This document shows, piece by piece, positions 57,478-64,000 of a DNA stretch of 64,000 nt. The number at the start of each line of letters is the position of its first letter. The stretch's first letter is position 1. Origin of the DNA: an uncultured Gammaproteobacteria bacterium (GTDB lineage Bacteria; Pseudomonadota; Gammaproteobacteria; JAURND01); contig CAVQQD010000003.1 in NCBI GenBank assembly GCA_963714975.1, forward strand, positions 96,001 through 160,000. The letters run 5' to 3'. Position numbers and translations under genes: made by a program. The notes below the pieces were generated by a model. That model worked only from the letters and a program-made list of their open reading frames with translations. It did no database searches and was not told where the DNA came from.

Positions 57478-57870
57478 ATGTCAGCATTACAATCAGAATC
57501 GAGTTTTTGGTCGTCTAGTTTAAAAGAAGCAAATAAAGTGCGAGGGAATATTCTAGGGACTATCGTTGGCCTGGGGATTAGTGTGCCCGCTGCTTATTTT
57601 GCTTTTCGGCCTTTTCTAAAAAGCTGGGCTGGTAGTGAGTTTGACGACGATAGGAAATGGATTGACCATTATAATTCAACTCATCCAGATGATCGTTTAG
57701 AGTATCCCTACACTATGGAAGAATACTTAAACGACCCCTTTCTCTGGGCACTCATTATAGCAGGCCTGGTAGTTGCGGCTTTGATGTTTACCTATGCATG
57801 TTCAATGAATGCTGATTGTATTAATCCTCAAGAAAGTATGTCTTCAAATACGTCAGGTAATACCATCTGA
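57478..57870 (+). CDS. Membrane paralogue 2
   Basis: GLG...AAYFAF-P-FL...YNSTHPDD...TMEEYLNDP followed by a TM segment. Confidence 0.75.
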   Translation: MSALQSESSFWSSSLKEANKVRGNILGTIVGLGISVPAAYFAFRPFLKSWAGSEFDDDRKWIDHYNSTHPDDRLEYPYTMEEYLNDPFLWALIIAGLVVAALMFTYACSMNADCINPQESMSSNTSGNTI

Positions 57871-58149
57871 CTATTGAGTAGTAACGAAAATAACGTGAGT
57901 ATCCTCTTTTTAAATCTCCCTTAATCCTACTTTACTAATACTACACAACCTCAACAGCCTCCAGATACAGAGGTAAGAAACAATCTGCCGCCGCCCACTC
58001 TGCCGCAGTAGTGCGTCCTCCTTAAGGCTCTGAATCTCAGAACATTATTCAGTATGGGCCAGGGCAGGAGGGATCATAAGTTGCAAAGGGTTGGTAATTA
58101 TGATATTTTTTTTGCCATATTTATCGATAATGTTTGCAAGGAAAATGTC

Positions 58150-58881
58150 ATGTCAGCATCACAATCAGAATCGAGTTTTTGGTCCACAGTAAATAAGTCT
58201 CGAGGAACTACTCTAGGATTTGGTGTGGGCCTAGGAGGTGGCATAACGGCTGCTTATTATGCTTTCCCTCCTTTTTTAGAAAAATTGGCTGCTTCGTATT
58301 TAGACCGTTATAAGAGTAGTATTGATCGGTATAATCTAGCTCATCCCGACGATTTAGCAGAGTATGGAAAGACTATAGAAGATGTTTTGAAAGATCCTGG
58401 TATCCGGTTCTTCATTATAGTTATTCTTATCCTAATGATTTGTAGTGCTACTACAGTGTGTACTAAGGTAGGGGGTATTCTTAATCCCAAAGAATCCCCG
58501 CCACCTTCATCGAGGCCAGAACGGCAGGAAAGCTATTGCTATACAGGACTTGGGGCGCTACTAGGCTTGTTCGCTGGACTAGGTGGTGGTATGACAGCTG
58601 CTGTTTATGCTTTCCCTCCTTTCTTATTAAGACGGGCTTATCGTAGTCTGGAGACTCATAGGGACCTTGTGAGGAAATTTCCTGAGCATTATCTGGATGA
58701 TAAAACTATACAAGATTTTTTGCATTCATATGGTCTGCCTGTATTTGCCCTTGTACTACTGGTTATAGTAATTGCCGTGCTTTGTTCTTTGGGAGGTGCT
58801 GCTGTAGGTGCTGGTGTAGACTGTGTTGTAGATATTCAAGAAACTCAACCTCCCAGAGCTCATCGCAATCCTCATTATTAA
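58150..58881 (+). CDS. Membrane paralogue 3 (two fused domains)
   Basis: Start MSASQSES by homology to paralogue 2; the domain occurs twice. Confidence 0.75.
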   Translation: MSASQSESSFWSTVNKSRGTTLGFGVGLGGGITAAYYAFPPFLEKLAASYLDRYKSSIDRYNLAHPDDLAEYGKTIEDVLKDPGIRFFIIVILILMICSATTVCTKVGGILNPKESPPPSSRPERQESYCYTGLGALLGLFAGLGGGMTAAVYAFPPFLLRRAYRSLETHRDLVRKFPEHYLDDKTIQDFLHSYGLPVFALVLLVIVIAVLCSLGGAAVGAGVDCVVDIQETQPPRAHRNPHY

Positions 58882-59091
58882 GTACCAGGATCTGCTAATC
58901 CTCCTGTTGCCACTATGCCTCAGAACTAGCCTGCATTAAATTCTTCTACTCGAACAACAACTTCCCCACCCATCAAAATCCCCACCTCCCGATGAGCCAT
59001 TTACTCATCAAGTTCCACCTACTTAAACACTTAACCTGGCTCCTTTTTCGAAACCCCGGCCGGCCTAAGATAAGAGCGCGTAAATGAGCTT

Positions 59092-59160
59092 ACCCCTCAT
59101 CCGCCACAGCCTGTCCTGAGCCTGTCGAAGGGGCACCTTCTCCCACCAGGGGAGAAGGAT
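59092..59160. repeat. Family A REP with a nested CCTGAGCCTGTCGAAGG unit
   Basis: ACCCCTCATCCGCC...GCACCTTCTCCCACCAGGGGAGAAGGAT. Confidence 0.8.
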
Positions 59161-59189
59161 ATATTACCCACTCAAAACTTAATAGAGAT

Positions 59190-60607
59190 CTATAAACTAT
59201 AATACAATTCAAACTCCAAAGGATGTGGTGTACTTCTTAAATAATTCACTTCATCCATTTTTAATTGGATGTAGGACTGAATCAAATCCTCACTAAACAC
59301 CCCTCCAGCTAATAAAAATTCCGAGTCATTTTCTAAGGCTTGCAGCGCTTGTTCTAGAGAAGAACATATGGTGGGTATGTTGCTTGTTTCCTCTGCACTT
59401 AAGTGATACAAATCTTTTTCAATCGCTTCACCTGGATGAATGCGCTGCTTGATTCCATCAATTCCCGCCATCAGCATGGCCGCAAACGCTAAATACGGAT
59501 TCGCGGTGGGATCAGGGAAACGCACCTCAATCCGCTTGGCTGTAGGACTATGAACATAAGGAATGCGAATCGACGCAGAACGATTGCGGGCTGAATAGGC
59601 GAGCATGACCGGCGCTTCAAAGCCTGGCACTAAACGCTTATAACTATTAGTGCTGGGATTGGTGAATGCATTCAATGCTCGAGCATGTTTGATAATGCCG
59701 CCAATGTAAAATAAAGCGGTCTCGGATAAGCCAGCATAAGCATCCCCGGCAAATACATTCACTCCATCCTTCGCCAAAGACTGGTTACAGTGCATCCCGT
59801 TGCCATTGTCGCCGGCTAGAGGTTTGGGCATAAAGGTGGCAGTTTTGCCATAGGTATGGGCGACGTTATGTAGCACATATTTGTAAATTTGTATCCCGTC
59901 CGCCATATCTAATAAAGATCGGCAGCGGATATTGATTTCGATTTGGCCGCTGGTAGCTACTTCATGATGATGGGTTTCGACAATAGCCCCATCTCTTTCA
60001 GGGTCAATGACATAGCAGAGCGTAAATCTTGTAAAGAATCTACTGGGGGTACCGGAAAATAACCGCCTTTCACTGCAGGCCGATGGCCAATGTTGCCTCC
60101 GTCGTAGGGGGTGGCGCTGTTCCAAGCCGCCTCCGCGGAGTCTAGTTTAAAAAAGACTTCTGACATCGTGACTTTATATTTCACATCGTCGAAGATGAAA
60201 CATTCTGGTTCTGGCCCAATTAAGCAGGTATCGGCAATGCCGGTGCTGCGCAGATACTCTTCGGCTCGGCGCGCCACCCCGCGCGGGTCGCGGTTGTAGG
60301 TCTGTAAAGTACTGGGCTCGATGATATCGCACTTAATGAGGAGGGTAGGTTCATCGTAAAAAGGATCTATTAGTAAGGTATTGAGGTCAGGCTTGAGGAT
60401 CATATCCGATTCATTAATGCTTTTCCAACCCGCAATCGAGGAGCCGTCAAACATTTTCCCTGAACTGAGAAAATTTTCATCGAGGATATCACTAGGAACG
60501 GAAACGTGATGCTCTCTACCGCGAGTATCACTGAAGCGCCAATCAGTAAATTTGATGTTATGTTCTTTAATGAAGCCAAGAGTTTTGTCGATTAGAGCGT
60601 TGGACAT
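59190..60607 (-). CDS. glnA: Type I glutamine synthetase, split by an apparent -1 indel near 59985
   Basis: FDGSSIAGW and IGPEPE in ORF 59957-60607; HHEVAT, FMPKP...[17 protein letters not shown] and EVRFPDP in ORF 59190-60125. Confidence 0.93.
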
Positions 60608-60720
60608 AGGGGGAAATCCTCTGTAATTAAGAAACAGTAATTTTGTAGGAAAAATTTGCTTGGCGCAATGATTTTTATGTCATTATAGATCATTTAGCCT
60701 TTCTCGGCTAAGATAGGGCG

Positions 60721-61800
60721 GTGATTATATTTCGCTACCTGATTAAAGAAGTGTATGGGGCTCTACTTGCTAGCACTCTGGTACTGCTGATACTGCTGAT
60801 TAGCAATCAACTAGTGCATTATCTCACCAAAGCTGCTGCGGGCGCGGTACCATTACGTACCGTCATGCAAATCATGTCATTACAAATCCCCTTGTTATTA
60901 GGATTGCTGCTCCCTTTAGGGCTTTATTTGGGCATTTTACTGGCCTATGGTAGGCTTTATACCGATCGCGAGATGACCATTTTAGCTGCTTGTGGCTTTA
61001 GTCAGGCTCAATTAATCTGCATGACCCTGGCTTTTTCTGCAGTAATCTGTGCTGTCGTCGCGGTATTGATGCTGTGGATTCAACCCGTCGTCGAAAGCTA
61101 TAAGCGTCAAGTGTATATTGAAGCGGCGGCCTCTTCTCCCTTGGAGCGAATTTCTCCTGGGCAATTTACCCCAGTGCAGGATTTAGTATTCTATGCCCAA
61201 AATCTTTCGCGCAATCATCAACAACTCCAGCATATTTTTGCGGCCCAACCTGCCAAAAAACCCGATTCCTCAGGCTTGTTCCCCTGGACGATTGTGATTG
61301 CCGATACTGGCCAGCAAAAAATTGATCCCAAAACCGGAGACAAATTTTTAGTATTAAATAATGGCTCCCGCTATAGTGGGGTACCAGGCCAGGGCGATTT
61401 TCAAGTGGCTCATTATGCCGATTACGGGGTTCGGATTGAGCAAAATGCCATCCCTGCGGATACTCGGGTAGAAACCATCCCGACTCTGAAACTTTGGCAA
61501 CAACGTCACGCTAGCCCGGCCCATGCCGCAGAGCTGCAATGGCGCTTTGCCTTGCCCATTTCGGTGTTACTATTAGCGGGATTGGCAATTTCGTTGAGCA
61601 AAGTCAATCCGCGCCAAGGGCGCTTTGCGCAATTATTTCCGGCCTTTTTGTTGTATATCGGTTATGCTGACCTGATCTTTGTCGGTCGCGCCTGGCTGCA
61701 AAAAGGCAAAATTTCGCCTGAATTGGGTCTGTGGTGGGTGCATGGAAGTATGTTGGTGATTGTGATCTTATTATTGATTCGGTTTGTTAAACGCGCATGA
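60721..61800 (+). CDS. lptF: LPS export ABC permease LptF
   Basis: IIFRYL, GRLYTDREM, AELQWR and NPRQGR. Confidence 0.93.
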   Translation: MIIFRYLIKEVYGALLASTLVLLILLISNQLVHYLTKAAAGAVPLRTVMQIMSLQIPLLLGLLLPLGLYLGILLAYGRLYTDREMTILAACGFSQAQLICMTLAFSAVICAVVAVLMLWIQPVVESYKRQVYIEAAASSPLERISPGQFTPVQDLVFYAQNLSRNHQQLQHIFAAQPAKKPDSSGLFPWTIVIADTGQQKIDPKTGDKFLVLNNGSRYSGVPGQGDFQVAHYADYGVRIEQNAIPADTRVETIPTLKLWQQRHASPAHAAELQWRFALPISVLLLAGLAISLSKVNPRQGRFAQLFPAFLLYIGYADLIFVGRAWLQKGKISPELGLWWVHGSMLVIVILLLIRFVKRA

Positions 61801-62855
61801 GAATTTTACACCGCTACATCGGCAATACCATTATTACGATGACCGCCTTAGTCATATTAATTTTTTTCGGCATTCAAACTTTCATCGGCTTTATAAATGA
61901 AATCCGCGATATTGGTCATAGCAACTATGGGGCCTTGGCCGCTTTTAATTATATAAGCTTATCCCTCCCGCTGATCGTCTACCCTCTAGTTCCTGCCGCG
62001 GCGCTCATTGGCTGTTTAATTGGTTTAGGTCGACTTGCTGCCCAGAGTGAACTGCTTGTCATACGAGCGGCTGGGGTATCAAAATTACAAATTACCCTGT
62101 CGGTAATCCTCAGCACCTTGTTGATGCTTATCTTTATTACTGCCGTAGGGGAATGGCTAGCGCCCAATTTAAAAAGTTTCGCGGACAATTATAAACACCA
62201 GGCCCAAACTGGCGTTGCAGCGAGCGGTAAATCTGGGGTGTGGTTACGTGATGGCAATAATTTCCTGCATTTTGATTTGCTGTTGCCCTCGGGTCAGGTA
62301 CAAGGAGTTATTCGCTATGAATTCGCTGGTCCTAATTTGCTCAGGGCCAGTCGAGCCAGCAGTGGGGAGCGTCGCAATGGTCAGTGGCTTTTCAAAGATG
62401 TGCATATTAGTCACTTTGCGCCCAATGCAGTCAAAACTCAGCATTTGCCTGAGCAAATCTGGCCGGTTTCTTTTGATCCGCAATTAGTGAGCCTAGCAGA
62501 TTTACAGGTGAATCAAACCCCAATCTGGGATTTATATCGTTACATTCACTACTTAAAGCATAGCGGCTTATCGGCTACCCGCTACGAGTTTGCCTTTTGG
62601 AAACGCGTATTCCAACCCTTGGCTACTTTGGTGATGATTGGACTTGCCGTGCCCTTTATCTTTGGGCCCTTACGTACTGTCACCATGGGGTTGCGAATCC
62701 TGATTGGGGTGATGATTGGTTTTGGTTTTTATACCCTGAATGAATTTTTAGGGCCATTTAGCTTAGTTTACCAAGTGCCGCCCTTTTGGGCCGCCGCTCT
62801 CCCTGTGATACTGTTTGCCTGCATCGACGCTATTTTGCTGTGGTGGGTAAAATAG
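61797..62855 (+). CDS. lptG: LPS export ABC permease LptG
   Basis: LHRYIG, LAAQSELLVIRAAG, GVWLRDG and FGPLR. Confidence 0.93.
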   Translation: MRILHRYIGNTIITMTALVILIFFGIQTFIGFINEIRDIGHSNYGALAAFNYISLSLPLIVYPLVPAAALIGCLIGLGRLAAQSELLVIRAAGVSKLQITLSVILSTLLMLIFITAVGEWLAPNLKSFADNYKHQAQTGVAASGKSGVWLRDGNNFLHFDLLLPSGQVQGVIRYEFAGPNLLRASRASSGERRNGQWLFKDVHISHFAPNAVKTQHLPEQIWPVSFDPQLVSLADLQVNQTPIWDLYRYIHYLKHSGLSATRYEFAFWKRVFQPLATLVMIGLAVPFIFGPLRTVTMGLRILIGVMIGFGFYTLNEFLGPFSLVYQVPPFWAAALPVILFACIDAILLWWVK

Positions 62856-62877
62856 CTTTACCGTATACTCCCGCAAT
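62826..62877 (+). repeat. 52-bp direct repeat, copy 1 (lptG 3' end plus intergenic)
   Basis: GACGCTATTTTGCTGTGGTGGGTAAAATAGCTTTACCGTATACTCCCGCAAT. Confidence 0.92.
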
Positions 62878-62909
62878 ATTCCAATTTATTTCAACAGAAG
62901 GAGTTATAT

Positions 62910-63938
62910 ATGGGAAATCAACAAAAAGAAGATAAGAGCGGTTCTTCTTCGCAGAGTAGTAGCAGCCAGATAAATTCATCATCCTATGGGTCGGGTCAGG
63001 AATTAGACGATGAGGAGATAATTGCACGTATGCATGCATTATGGCCGGCTCCGGAATCAGGCGACGTAGAACCTCAGGAATGTGATCCAGCGCTCATCGC
63101 ATTAGAAGAGACGAAGCTGAGACAATCATCTCGTGAATTGAAAACCTTAGCTGCACAAGGAGATAAGCAAGCACAATTAAAGTATGCGTTGCATTGCTTA
63201 GGCTGTTCTGGAAGAAAAGCAAAAGAGGGAATAAAGAGATTAAATCAGATGTTAAATAACGAAAGAGACCCGCAGGTCTTGGCAACACTGGCTTGGAGTT
63301 ATGAATATGGAATGGGCGTGAAGGAGGATCTTAAGGAAGCGTGTAGGTTGTATAAGGAAGCGGCTGGGAAGGGACATAGCGAGGCTCAAGAACGGATGGG
63401 GTTTTTCTGCGAAAAAGGACTAGGAGGAGTCCGGAAAGACATTAATGAAGCATTACAATGGTATAATTTAGCGGCTGCGCAGGGAGAGCCAGGGGCCATA
63501 TTTGCTAAAGAGAGGTTATTACCTAGACCTCCCAGGGAATCTATGAGAGAACTACAGCAAATAATGCCAGAGAAAGTTCATGCTTTTTTTGGTGAAACCA
63601 TAGAATCGGAAGATGATAATGACGCTCCTAATGCACAATCACCGGCTACTAGCCCTAATAGTTACAGTATGATTGGAAAAAGAATATCTTTAGAGAAAAA
63701 ACACCAAAGAATTGTATTAGAAAATTTGTCTGACGACGATGCATCAGAATTCCCTGTGCTGACACCTAAACCAGTGAAAGACTTAGGTAACAAGAGTAAA
63801 TCAGGCATACCTATCATCACCCAATCACAATACACAAAGTTTACTGGATTAAACTATGTTGTTTCGAGCAATTTTGGAATCGTTGTCCCAGATGCATCAG
63901 AGTCTAATAATGAAGAAACTTACTCTCTAAAGAAATAG
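62910..63938 (+). CDS. Sel1-like repeat protein with low-complexity acidic/Ser termini
   Basis: LAWSYEYGMGVKEDLKEACRLYKEAAGKGH and MGFFCEKGLGGVRKDINEALQWYNLAAAQG; GAAGGAG RBS. Confidence 0.85.
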   Translation: MGNQQKEDKSGSSSQSSSSQINSSSYGSGQELDDEEIIARMHALWPAPESGDVEPQECDPALIALEETKLRQSSRELKTLAAQGDKQAQLKYALHCLGCSGRKAKEGIKRLNQMLNNERDPQVLATLAWSYEYGMGVKEDLKEACRLYKEAAGKGHSEAQERMGFFCEKGLGGVRKDINEALQWYNLAAAQGEPGAIFAKERLLPRPPRESMRELQQIMPEKVHAFFGETIESEDDNDAPNAQSPATSPNSYSMIGKRISLEKKHQRIVLENLSDDDASEFPVLTPKPVKDLGNKSKSGIPIITQSQYTKFTGLNYVVSSNFGIVVPDASESNNEETYSLKK

Positions 63939-63940
63939 TT

Positions 63941-63992
63941 GACGCTATTTTGCTGTGGCGGGTAAAATAGCTTTACCGTATACTCCCGCAAT
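63941..63992 (+). repeat. 52-bp direct repeat, copy 2
   Basis: 51/52 identical to 62826-62877; begins 2 bp after the Sel1 gene stop. Confidence 0.92.
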
Positions 63993-64000
63993 GGAAAAAA

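Overview
64 kb of a gammaproteobacterial chromosome. A Legionellales/Coxiellales-like, host-associated lineage is inferred from gene content (99-aa AtpE, many orphan effector-like genes, a PmrA-like box), not from a database match. The core backbone is gdhB (partial, missed by the ORF track), pyrD, prmB, an Smr protein, the atpIBEFHAGDC operon, glmU, tyrS, a VIT1/CCC1 transporter, a Lon-like protease, ppsA, a TolC-MFP-ABC-MacB exporter, a full rrn operon (16S, tRNA-Ile, tRNA-Ala, 23S, 5S), an M23 peptidase, glnA and lptFG. Accessory material includes a 2158-aa orphan repeat protein and a head-to-tail array of four near-identical Rpn/PD-(D/E)XK genes whose C-terminal repeats differ in length, each with a candidate internal start. 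There is also a degenerate ISNCY-type IS with derived MITEs, a diversified tandem family of two-helix membrane proteins containing a 38-bp IS1380-like mini-insertion, an inverse autotransporter, and a Sel1 gene bracketed by a 52-bp direct repeat of the lptG 3' end. Several REP/MITE families fill intergenic gaps. Single-base frameshifts in atpA and glnA suggest assembly indel errors, so every frameshift call here is provisional.
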